Assembly (NCBI GenBank): GCA_046757025.1
Contig: JBHHXN010000046.1
Location: forward strand, 1-33,473
DNA length: 33,473 nt
Reading direction: 5' to 3'
Source of the DNA: a bacterium
GTDB lineage: Bacteria; Zhuqueibacterota; Zhuqueibacteria; Oceanimicrobiales; Oceanimicrobiaceae
The translations under genes were made by a program, and so were the position numbers. Position 1 is the stretch's first letter. Every line of letters begins with the position of its first letter. Positions 25,333 through 33,473 of this stretch are shown here, one piece after another. Under the pieces are notes generated by a model, which saw only the letters and a program-made list of their open reading frames with translations, was not told the DNA's origin and searched no databases.

Positions 25333-26961
25333 ATGATACCTCAAATTGAAAAATTCTTCCGTGAGAAACATCAGCTAATACAACTTTCTTGTATCCTGTT
25401 CATTGGACTAGTCATTCATCACCACGCGCCGCTTCCAGCGAGCGAGCCGCTTCCCGATGCCGCCCGGCCGGGATTTGAAGCCATCCGTGCTGAGAACATG
25501 CAGGCGGTCCTAACTTTTCTCGCTTCCGATGAATTGGAAGGCCGCAGCGCCGGCGAACGCGGCCTGAAAATCGCGGCGAAATTTCTGGAAAGCCAGTACC
25601 GGCTGGCCGGTCTGACGCCGGCGCCCGGCCAAAATTCCATGCTGCAAAAAATGCATTTTATCAAAAGCAAAGTCGATGCCGCCACTACCATTACCATTCT
25701 TTCCAATCAAAATGAGAAGAGGAAAGAACGGCCATTTCACCTTTACGAGGATTTTGTTTTAACAGCGAAGATCAGTGAGAATGATATCAAACAGGCCCCG
25801 GTGATTTTTGCGGGATTTGGCTATCAAAATGATTCAACCGATTACAACGATTACGACAAATTGCAGGTGCAAGGCAAGATTGTTTTGATTTTATCCGGCA
25901 TCCCCGATATCGCTCTCAAAAAAGATTCAGCCGACAACACATTGCACGCAGGCCGTTTTCGCGCAAGACGAGCCAAAATCAAACTTGCAGAGGACGCGGG
26001 TGCAGAAGCGCTTTTGGTCGTGAACAATCGATACATTCCTAAAGACGAAAATCAAATTGCCCGCTGGCAGCGCCGTTCCTCCTACAAGCTGCCGGGTGAT
26101 GAAGACGGTTTCCCGACCTTTTACGTCAGCGAACCACTCGCCGATGCACTTTTGGCATTCACTGGCTGGACCGTGGACAGCTTGCGCACCCAGATGCTAA
26201 ACCAAAAAACCTCTGTGACGTTTCCAATTGTTGGCGCTCAAATTCGGCTAAATGTTAAAATTCAAACCGAATTAAAGGAAACGCAAAATGTGGTGGCTTA
26301 TTTAAAAGGTTCCGATCCAGCGCTGCAGCATGAAGTGGTGGCGTTCAGCGCCCATTACGATCACCTCGGCATGGACGCGCAAGGCAACATTTACAATGGT
26401 GCCGACGACGACGGAAGCGGCACCACCGGCTTGCTGGAGGTGGCTCGTGCTTTTGCGAAAAATTCCCCACGGCCCAAAAGAAGCCTGATTTTTATCTCGC
26501 ACACCGGCGAAGAAAAAGGCTTGCTGGGCTCACGCCATTACACCGACCACCCGCTGATTCCTTTAGACAGCATGGTGGCCCTGCTCAACATGGATATGAT
26601 TGGCCGCAACCAAGAAAATTCAGTTTATATCATCGGCTCCGACTTCCTCTCTAAGGAGCTGCACCAGATCAATGAAGCCGCCAACCGTCATGTGGGGCTT
26701 GAGCTGGACTACACCTACAACACCCGCAACCATCCCGAGCGATTTTACTACCGCAGCGATCATTATAATTACGCCAAACACGGCATTCCCATCATCTTTT
26801 ATTTTTCGGGAACGCACGAAGATTATCATAAAAGCACCGACACCGTCGAAAAAATCGACTTCATCAAAATGCAGCACATAGCGCGTCTGGTCTATTTAAC
26901 CGGCTGGGATGTGGCAAACCGCCAGCACCGCATTCGGGTGGAAAGAGATGTGGTAGATTGA
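25333..26961 (+). CDS. M28 family metallopeptidase with PA domain
   Basis: LASDELEGR, SAHYDHLG, NGADDDGSG, GEEKGLLGS, NMDMIGR, RSDHYNY, HEDYHKSTD. Confidence 0.93.
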   Translation: MIPQIEKFFREKHQLIQLSCILFIGLVIHHHAPLPASEPLPDAARPGFEAIRAENMQAVLTFLASDELEGRSAGERGLKIAAKFLESQYRLAGLTPAPGQNSMLQKMHFIKSKVDAATTITILSNQNEKRKERPFHLYEDFVLTAKISENDIKQAPVIFAGFGYQNDSTDYNDYDKLQVQGKIVLILSGIPDIALKKDSADNTLHAGRFRARRAKIKLAEDAGAEALLVVNNRYIPKDENQIARWQRRSSYKLPGDEDGFPTFYVSEPLADALLAFTGWTVDSLRTQMLNQKTSVTFPIVGAQIRLNVKIQTELKETQNVVAYLKGSDPALQHEVVAFSAHYDHLGMDAQGNIYNGADDDGSGTTGLLEVARAFAKNSPRPKRSLIFISHTGEEKGLLGSRHYTDHPLIPLDSMVALLNMDMIGRNQENSVYIIGSDFLSKELHQINEAANRHVGLELDYTYNTRNHPERFYYRSDHYNYAKHGIPIIFYFSGTHEDYHKSTDTVEKIDFIKMQHIARLVYLTGWDVANRQHRIRVERDVVD

Positions 26962-27021
26962 CCAGCGTTAATTATTTTCGTTTAGTTGAATATCATTGAA
27001 CCAAAAAAAAGCGAGGGAGCG

Positions 27022-28248
27022 ATGTCATTTAAAAATATTTTAAGTATTTCGTTGTTGATTCTTGCCATTGGCTGTCAAAGTTCCTCGACAACAAATCAGG
27101 ATGAAACCAGCCTGCAGAAAAAAGCTCAGCAGCTTGCCCGTTCCACCATCATTCTGGACGGCCACGTGGATGTACCCTATCGATTGAACGCGAAAATGAC
27201 CGACATCTCCAACGCTACTGAAACCGGCGATTTTGACTATCCACGCGCCAAAACCGGCGGGCTGGATGCGCCGTTCATGTCCATTTACATTCCAGCGGCT
27301 TATCAGAATACCGCGGGAAAATCCAAATCCCACGCAGACAAGCTGATTGCCATAATGGACAGCGTCATCGCCGCCAACCCCGACAAGTTCGCACGGGCCA
27401 ACACCCCTTCCGAGATACGCGCGAATTTTTCAGCCGGGCTTATCTCCTTTCCTTATGGCATGGAAAACGGCTCGGCCGTCGAAGATGATTTGAGCAACGT
27501 TGCCTACTTTTTTGAGAAAGGAATCCGATACATCACATTGACTCACAGCAAAAAGAACCTCATTTGCGATTCCTCCTTTGACTCCGACAAAAGTTGGAAT
27601 GGTTTGAGTCCGTATGGCAAACAGGTAGTCAAAGAAATGAATCGGTTGGGAATACTGATCGATATCTCGCATGTTTCGGATTCAACGTTCTATCAGGTGC
27701 TGCGGCTTTCGAAAGCGCCGGTGATCTGCTCGCATTCGAGCTGCCGGCATTTCACCCCCGGCTACGAACGCAACGTCGATGACGACATGCTTAAAGCGCT
27801 GGCAAAAAACGGCGGCGTCATTCAAATCAACTTCGGCTCGAGCTTTCTCACGGCAGAAGCCAACAAATATGACGTTCAGAAATACGGCTACATTCAGAAA
27901 ATAATGGCCGACGAGGGCATCGCTAATTTTAATCATCCGCAAATCGAAGCGGAGATGAAAAAGTACCAGGAGGAAAAACCCTATCCCTATGCCTCGGTTG
28001 AGGATGTGGTGGATCACATCGACCATGTGGTGGAAGTCGCAGGCATCGACTACGTCGGTCTGGGCTCGGATTTTGATGGCGTGGGCGACACCCTGCCCAC
28101 GGACCTGAAATCGGTGGCCGATTATCCGAACATTATCTATCATCTGTTGAAACGCGGCTATTCCGAGCAAGACATCGAAAAAATCTTGAGCCGCAACGTG
28201 CTGCGGGTCTGGCAGCAAGTGAAGGATTATTCTGCACTACAGCCATGA
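27022..28248 (+). CDS. Membrane (renal-type) dipeptidase, peptidase M19, lipoprotein
   Basis: LDGHVD, GMENG, YITLTH, IDISHVS, SHSS, RNVDD, GLGSDFDG; lipobox AIGC; ATG at 27022 after GAGGGAG. Confidence 0.93.
   Translation: MSFKNILSISLLILAIGCQSSSTTNQDETSLQKKAQQLARSTIILDGHVDVPYRLNAKMTDISNATETGDFDYPRAKTGGLDAPFMSIYIPAAYQNTAGKSKSHADKLIAIMDSVIAANPDKFARANTPSEIRANFSAGLISFPYGMENGSAVEDDLSNVAYFFEKGIRYITLTHSKKNLICDSSFDSDKSWNGLSPYGKQVVKEMNRLGILIDISHVSDSTFYQVLRLSKAPVICSHSSCRHFTPGYERNVDDDMLKALAKNGGVIQINFGSSFLTAEANKYDVQKYGYIQKIMADEGIANFNHPQIEAEMKKYQEEKPYPYASVEDVVDHIDHVVEVAGIDYVGLGSDFDGVGDTLPTDLKSVADYPNIIYHLLKRGYSEQDIEKILSRNVLRVWQQVKDYSALQP
28145..28221 (+). repeat. Direct repeat copy 1 (3' end of dipeptidase gene)
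   Basis: 28145-28217 is identical to 29053-29125 (73 bp; 76/77 to 28221/29129). Confidence 0.95.
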
Positions 28249-28361
28249 TGGTGTTTTAAATCCCGACTACTACATCAAAACTGAGACTACGATAGAAGTT
28301 AATTCTGAATAATACACATTTCACTAAACAACTTGACAAACACCTAATTATTTAATAAAGT

Positions 28362-28646
28362 ATGAAAATAAATCAAGTTGTGATACTTAAAGACTTTGCA
28401 CAAAAAATTCAACGCAAGCATCAAATCGACACAGATGAAATATGTGAAGTTTTTCAAAATCAACCAAACTTTCGTAAATTAGAAAAGGGGGATATATTAG
28501 GTGAAGATGTATTCGGTGCGTATGGAAGGACGAACTCTGGTCGTTATCTAAGCGTTTTCTTTGTTTACAAATTTAATCAGAATGCTTTGATTATTAGCGC
28601 CCGAAACATGAATAAAAGTGAAAGGAAAAAGTATGCCAAAAAGTAA
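28362..28646 (+). CDS. brnT: BrnT-family type II toxin (ribonuclease)
   Basis: 94 aa; KIQRKHQI..EICEVF, GRTNSGRYLSVFF, IISARNMNKSERKKY; AT-rich; overlaps the downstream antitoxin gene. Confidence 0.85.
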   Translation: MKINQVVILKDFAQKIQRKHQIDTDEICEVFQNQPNFRKLEKGDILGEDVFGAYGRTNSGRYLSVFFVYKFNQNALIISARNMNKSERKKYAKK

Positions 28647-28923
28647 AGTGTTTCCAAAATTCAACTCATACGAAAAAGCTGCTGAATGGCTGGATAGCCA
28701 CTCCACCGCTAATTTAGAGGTTACAGAAATCCAATTTGAGGTGGCATTGCCTCTCAAACTCCAACTTCTCGATTCGTTAGGTGAGATAGAAGACACCATC
28801 ATGCTGGAAAAGGAAATCAGCCAGCAAATTCAACAAATTGCAAAGAAAAAAGGAATTTCCACTCATAAGCTAATCCACAAATGGCTTCAGGAGCAAGTGG
28901 CCAAATGTTCACGCATTGACTGA
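28633..28923 (+). CDS. BrnA/CopG-like antitoxin
   Basis: PKFNSYEKAAEWLDSHSTA N-terminus and C-terminal ribbon-helix-helix-like TIMLEKEISQQIQQIAKKKGISTHKLIHKWLQE; ATG at 28633 after AGGA. Confidence 0.8.
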   Translation: MPKSKVFPKFNSYEKAAEWLDSHSTANLEVTEIQFEVALPLKLQLLDSLGEIEDTIMLEKEISQQIQQIAKKKGISTHKLIHKWLQEQVAKCSRID

Positions 28924-29052
28924 ACGTAATTTATATTTAGCTATATTGCCGCAGTTGAATTTAATGAAATCGATTCAAAATCTAAAAATAAGGATTGAAT
29001 AAGACATCTGTATGGGTATCAAGTTTTAAAGGAAGAAGTGGACCATTTCCTG

Positions 29053-29159
29053 TGTTGAAACGCGGCTATTCCGAGCAAGACATCGAAAAAATCTTGAGCC
29101 GCAACGTGCTGCGGGTCTGGCAGCAGGTGGTAGATTTTGCACAGGGTAAAACAGAATAA
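29053..29159 (+). pseudogene. Direct repeat copy 2: orphan 3' fragment of the dipeptidase gene with an alternative C-terminus
   Basis: Reads LKRGYSEQDIEKILSRNVLRVWQQVVDFAQGKTE* (stop 29157-29159) versus ...QQVKDYSALQP* in the intact gene. Confidence 0.85.
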
Positions 29160-29332
29160 AAATAAAAAACCTCTGCAAATTAACAGCTCAAACTGTATAA
29201 AAATAAGGAATCGCCATCTGATCAAAAAAAAATAACAAGAAGAGTCCGGAAAGGACTTTTCCATAGATTAGAATTTGCAACCTGGTGAAATCCCAAAATC
29301 GATGCGAGCGCTTAAAGTATGCTACTGAGTAA

Positions 29333-31843
29333 ATGATCTCTAACCAAAATACACCGGCTGCGCCAAAATTTCTTCTGTGCTTATTTTTTGTAAGTCTCAT
29401 CAGTTTGCAGCCAGGCTGCAGTCAAATCGAAACTTTTTTTGACCCGCGGTCCGGCCCCTTTCCATTTACATTTCAGAAAATTCAGGACGCCACTCACCAG
29501 GACCGTTATATCGATTTTGATCACGACGGCCGTGACGAATGCATGCGGGTGATAAACGAGCGCGACCCCCGTATCACTCCCAGCCGAATTCAAATATTGG
29601 ACCACGAGTTCACCTTTATCGAAGAAGTCAATTTCAATGGACAGCTTACAAAAATTGCCGCATTCGACTGGAGCAATAACGGTGTCGATGACATTTGCGC
29701 GACTTATACTCGTCAGGACACTTCGTTTTTACGAATCATCGACTACCAGGGTAAAATAATTCAAGATGACGTGCCCCTATTCATCGGCAAAGCCCGCAAC
29801 GACAGCAGCGGCGCCTACAAATGGGAAGGACACATCTCTCAGATTTTATATTCCGATTTGGAAGACGACGGCTGCCCGGAATTGATTCTCTTTCCTTCCG
29901 AAGGATACGCTCAGAAACCACGCGGCGTCTATGTGTATGATGCGAAATCATTCAAATTAAAATGGCATTACGATGTCGGCCCGGCCTTGAATCAACCTGC
30001 CATTTTCGATTTTGACCGGGATGGCAAAATGGAAATTCTCCTTTCCACCAAAGCGCCCAAAAACGGTAATCGCGCCAACGGCACAACCGATGAAAATGCG
30101 CATTTATTTCTTTTCAATAGCGCTGGGGACACTTTGTGGACGCGGTCGTATATCGATAGCTATTCCAATGTTGAAGCCCGAATCGAAGACCTCGAGGCCG
30201 ATGGTGAATATGAAATCATCGCTTTATTATATGACTCATTTTTCAGAGGCTTTTCGCCCAGAATAGAGATCATTCAACCGCAAACCGGACAGCTTATGCA
30301 ATCCAGAAATTTGCCGGGTATTTTTGGCAGCTTTACAACGGCACGAAGGGATCACAAGACCAATAAAGAAATTCTCTACGCCAGCTCTGAAGGGATTTTG
30401 ATTTCCATAAATAACCAGTTGCAAGAAACACTAAAAAAGGAATTTAAATTCAATATATCAAAAGTAGTTAGTTGTGAAGATTTGGATGGCGACGGATTGA
30501 ATGAGATTGTGCTAACAACGAACGACGGCTCCGCATGGCTGGAAAATCAGCTCAATATTAAAGCAAAATATGCATCCGTACGATTTATTAGGCAGAGAAT
30601 TCAAACTTATCATCGTCGCAATAAGAAGCCGCTCATTTTATTGCAGAGCGGTGAAAGCAGTGCGCTGTTTTCCCTTGAAAAAAATAACCATTATCTTCTG
30701 TCCTTTTACGCTCCTTTTGTGGCAGTCCTTTTTAGCGGGGCTTTTCTGATCTTGCTTTTCATCAATAATGTACGCTACTACCGCCAGCGCCGTAACTCCA
30801 GACAACTTTTTGAACTGCTGTCTTCACTGCAACACGATCCGCTTTTATTGCTCAACCGCAACCATCAGGTAATGTCTGCAAATAGCAACGCGCGGCAACT
30901 GCTGCAATGTAACGGCAAAAAGCTTCCCCTTGAAATCGCTGCACTCGATATCAACGGCGAGCTGAAAGCCGCGTTATCGGAGCTGCCAAACAATCCGCCG
31001 GTTCGTTTCGAAAGGGAGGTTCAATTCCAGGCTTCTGCCAGCCACAAGGTACGCCTGCTGGCCGAGCCCATCAAATTGGCATCATCAAGTTATCAGTGGT
31101 TGGTTCTCTTGCAAAACGATCACACCAAAGAGGAGAGGGAAAAAGCAAAAACCTGGTCCGCCATGGCACAGCGCATCGCCCACGACATCAACAATCCGCT
31201 CACCAGCATTCAGCTCACCCTGCAGCGTTTGCAAATGGAATACCGCGATCAAGAAAGCCAGAAGGTCTTGAAATACGAACAATTTACCAACAAAATCATG
31301 GAGCGCATTGAGTCGTTGCGCCGCATGAACCGCGGCTTCATGAAATTTCTCAACCTTGAAAAACTCAATCTCCAGTCCACAGAAATCAATCAATTTATAG
31401 AAAATTTGTTCAAAAATAAAATCATCGAATTGCCGCAGGACATTCAATTGCAGAAAAAATTCAATCCCGATTTACCCGCCACCAATCTGGATCAGGAGCA
31501 AGTACAAAACCTGCTGGAAAATTTAATTGCCAACGCCATCAACGCCATGCCGGACGGCGGCACGCTTTCCATCAGCACCAGTCTGGCATCGGATTTGCAA
31601 TTTGATGAGCCTGATTCCCAGCCGCGTGATTACTGCATAATCGAAGTCATGGACACCGGCGTGGGTGTGCCGGCCGATATTCGGGAGAAACTCTTTCAGC
31701 CGTTCACCTCGCGGTCGCATACCGGCACGGGATTGGGACTCACCATCGTCAAAAAAATAGTAGATGATCACCAGGGAAAGATTGAATTCCATAGCGAAGA
31801 AGGGGTGGGCAGTTCGTTTGAGGTGTATCTGCCGGTTGCATAA
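29333..31843 (+). CDS. Sensor histidine kinase with extracytoplasmic FG-GAP/VCBS-like repeat domain, TM helix, PAS-like region, HisKA and HATPase_c
   Basis: DFDHDG, DWSNNG, DLEDDG, DFDRDG, DLEADG, DLDGDG motifs; TM near aa 460-480; AHDINNPL, NLIANAINAM, DTGVG, FQPF, GTGLGL. Confidence 0.92.
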   Translation: MISNQNTPAAPKFLLCLFFVSLISLQPGCSQIETFFDPRSGPFPFTFQKIQDATHQDRYIDFDHDGRDECMRVINERDPRITPSRIQILDHEFTFIEEVNFNGQLTKIAAFDWSNNGVDDICATYTRQDTSFLRIIDYQGKIIQDDVPLFIGKARNDSSGAYKWEGHISQILYSDLEDDGCPELILFPSEGYAQKPRGVYVYDAKSFKLKWHYDVGPALNQPAIFDFDRDGKMEILLSTKAPKNGNRANGTTDENAHLFLFNSAGDTLWTRSYIDSYSNVEARIEDLEADGEYEIIALLYDSFFRGFSPRIEIIQPQTGQLMQSRNLPGIFGSFTTARRDHKTNKEILYASSEGILISINNQLQETLKKEFKFNISKVVSCEDLDGDGLNEIVLTTNDGSAWLENQLNIKAKYASVRFIRQRIQTYHRRNKKPLILLQSGESSALFSLEKNNHYLLSFYAPFVAVLFSGAFLILLFINNVRYYRQRRNSRQLFELLSSLQHDPLLLLNRNHQVMSANSNARQLLQCNGKKLPLEIAALDINGELKAALSELPNNPPVRFEREVQFQASASHKVRLLAEPIKLASSSYQWLVLLQNDHTKEEREKAKTWSAMAQRIAHDINNPLTSIQLTLQRLQMEYRDQESQKVLKYEQFTNKIMERIESLRRMNRGFMKFLNLEKLNLQSTEINQFIENLFKNKIIELPQDIQLQKKFNPDLPATNLDQEQVQNLLENLIANAINAMPDGGTLSISTSLASDLQFDEPDSQPRDYCIIEVMDTGVGVPADIREKLFQPFTSRSHTGTGLGLTIVKKIVDDHQGKIEFHSEEGVGSSFEVYLPVA

Positions 31844-31937
31844 ATGCAACATAGTTGCAACGGGTAACTCTGAAGCCGATGGCTAACTTGATTTTAATAA
31901 AATTAAAAAATGAATTTGCTTTTGGATATCACTCTGC
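31835..31937 (+). promoter_or_regulatory. Overlapping palindromes and a weak sigma54-like -24/-12 element upstream of the response regulator
   Basis: GTTGCA-TAAA-TGCAAC-ATA-GTTGCA (31835-31859); TGGATATCACTCTGC (31923-31937) keeps GG-N10-GC spacing. Confidence 0.35.
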
Positions 31938-31958
31938 GACAAAAATTACTCTCTTAAA

Positions 31959-33320
31959 ATGAAATTACACGCGAAAATTTTAATTGTCGATGACGATGCT
32001 TCGGTCCGCGAAAGTCTCAATGAAATTTTGAGCTACCACAATTATGATTGCATGGAAGCCGCAGACGGTAAGGAGGCGCTGCAAAAATTAGAGGAGACTC
32101 ACGTCGATCTCATGCTGCTCGATTTGCGCCTGCCGCGCATCGACGGCATGGAAGCGCTGAAACATAGTCTTTGCAATTATCCAGAAATACCCGTGGTTAT
32201 GATCAGCGGGCAGGGTACCATCGCACTGGCGGTGGAAGCCACCAAACTGGGCGCTTACGATTTTCTGGAAAAGCCCCTGGAAGCGGAGCGCACCCTGCTC
32301 ACCATCCACAATGCCCTGGAAAAAAGTCGCCTCAAAATGCAGCGGGATCAATTGCTGACCGAAACCCGGCAGCGCTACCAGATGATCGGCAGCGATCCCA
32401 ATATGCAGGAGGTTTTTGCGCTCATCGACCGCGCCGCCACAGTCAACAGCAAGGTTCTGATTTCGGGCGAAGCCGGCACCGGTAAAGAATTGGTGGCCCG
32501 CGCCATTCATAACAATGGTCACCGAGCCGGAAATCCTTTCGTGCCGGTAAATTGTTCAGCCATTCCCGAATCTTTAATTGAAAGCGAGTTGTTTGGTTAC
32601 GTAAAGGGTGCATTTACTGGCGCCACGAGCGACCGGTCTGGTAAATTTCAGCGCGCGCACCAGGGTACGCTTTTCCTGGATGAAATCGGCGACATGAGTC
32701 TGATGATGCAGGCAAAAATTCTGCGCGTGCTCGAAGATGGCTGTGTTGAGCCGGTGGGCAGTTCGAAATCCATGCTCGTGGACGTTCGAATTATCGCCGC
32801 CACCAACAGATCGCTCCCCAATGAGATCGAAGAAGGCAACTTTCGCAGCGATCTATTTTACCGCCTTAACGTCATTTCCATCGAGCTGCCGCCGTTGCGC
32901 TTGCGTAAAAACGACATTCGGCCATTATCGGAACACATTCTGGAAGAGGTTTGTACGGCTCAAGGACTGGCGCAAATGACGTTCGCAAACGGCGTTTGGC
33001 CGCTGCTAACCAAATACGATTGGCCGGGCAATGTGCGAGAGCTGCGCAACGTCATCGAACGGGCGGCGGTGCTGACTCCGAACAACACCATCGAAGCGGC
33101 TGCTCTGGCAGAAGCGCTGCAGAGCAAGCTCTCCCCCACTCAATCAAGTGACGTCCAGCAGACTTTGCGCCAGGCGCGCGCGGAGTTCGAACGCGATTTC
33201 ATCCTCGCTACCCTTGCCGCGCAAAACGGCAAAATCCAGGAAACTGCTCATGCACTGGGCATTCAGCGCAGCCATTTGTGGAAGAAGATGAAGCGGTATG
33301 GAATCAGCGCGAATAAATGA
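31959..33320 (+). CDS. sigma54-dependent response regulator (NtrC/NtrX family)
   Basis: REC (IVDDD, DLRLP), GEAGTGKE, GAFTGA, FLDEIGD, WPGNVRELRN, Fis-type HTH (TAHALGIQRSHLWKKM). Confidence 0.95.
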   Translation: MKLHAKILIVDDDASVRESLNEILSYHNYDCMEAADGKEALQKLEETHVDLMLLDLRLPRIDGMEALKHSLCNYPEIPVVMISGQGTIALAVEATKLGAYDFLEKPLEAERTLLTIHNALEKSRLKMQRDQLLTETRQRYQMIGSDPNMQEVFALIDRAATVNSKVLISGEAGTGKELVARAIHNNGHRAGNPFVPVNCSAIPESLIESELFGYVKGAFTGATSDRSGKFQRAHQGTLFLDEIGDMSLMMQAKILRVLEDGCVEPVGSSKSMLVDVRIIAATNRSLPNEIEEGNFRSDLFYRLNVISIELPPLRLRKNDIRPLSEHILEEVCTAQGLAQMTFANGVWPLLTKYDWPGNVRELRNVIERAAVLTPNNTIEAAALAEALQSKLSPTQSSDVQQTLRQARAEFERDFILATLAAQNGKIQETAHALGIQRSHLWKKMKRYGISANK

Positions 33321-33437
33321 CTACTGTATTTTCAGCGATAGAACAAATCTCCCTTGCGTTTTTACTGTTATGTGTATTATTTATACCTTAAATCATGCGC
33401 ATTGCTGGAGGCACTAAATGAACATGGTAAGGTTAAA

Positions 33438-33473
33438 TAGTGTCTGAACGAAAACTCGATTATTCATGTCATT
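33438..33473. mobile_element. Left end of another MITE of the 'AGTGTCTGAAC' family, cut by the window edge
   Basis: TAAA followed by TAGTGTCTGAACGAAAAC, matching the ends at 11064 and 20410. Confidence 0.55.

Noticed and set aside
28333..28361. TTGACA upstream of brnT
   Set aside because: The best-spaced -10 (TAAAGT) abuts the ATG, so a coherent promoter could not be defined.
28145..29129. Direct repeat considered as a diversity-generating retroelement TR/VR pair or as CRISPR repeats
   Set aside because: Copies are identical over 73 bp with no adenine-specific variation, only two copies exist, and no reverse transcriptase or cas gene is in the window.

Overview
Bacterial chromosomal window with about 24 genes. 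A secreted protein carries a C-terminal 'QNYPNPFNP' Por/T9SS-type sorting domain, which points to an FCB-group relative such as KSB1 or Calditrichota (inference). Left part: a dapF-NYN-histidine kinase run followed by a sigma54-dependent response regulator. Directly downstream lie tandem TGTAC-N6-GTACA enhancer-like sites and a consensus sigma54 -24/-12 promoter. These precede a two-gene secreted module: a 506-aa six-repeat helical protein and a ~1012-aa Ig/transthyretin-like repeat protein with the sorting domain. Middle: class C acid phosphatase; a TRAP transporter with dctP convergent on dctQM; a frameshifted ~1.6-kb putative non-DDE transposase-like gene with terminal hairpins; and a minus-strand run of acetamidase/formamidase, paraoxonase-like lactonase, nitrilase, SDR, DUF4870 and aromatic amino acid decarboxylase genes. 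Right part: DUF697 protein, M28 peptidase and M19 dipeptidase. The dipeptidase 3' end is duplicated (73 bp) around an AT-rich BrnT/BrnA toxin-antitoxin cassette. A histidine kinase with FG-GAP-like repeats and a second sigma54 response regulator follow. Many intergenic regions hold nested MITE/REP elements, several with clear target-site duplications. No rRNA, tRNA or CRISPR array was seen.
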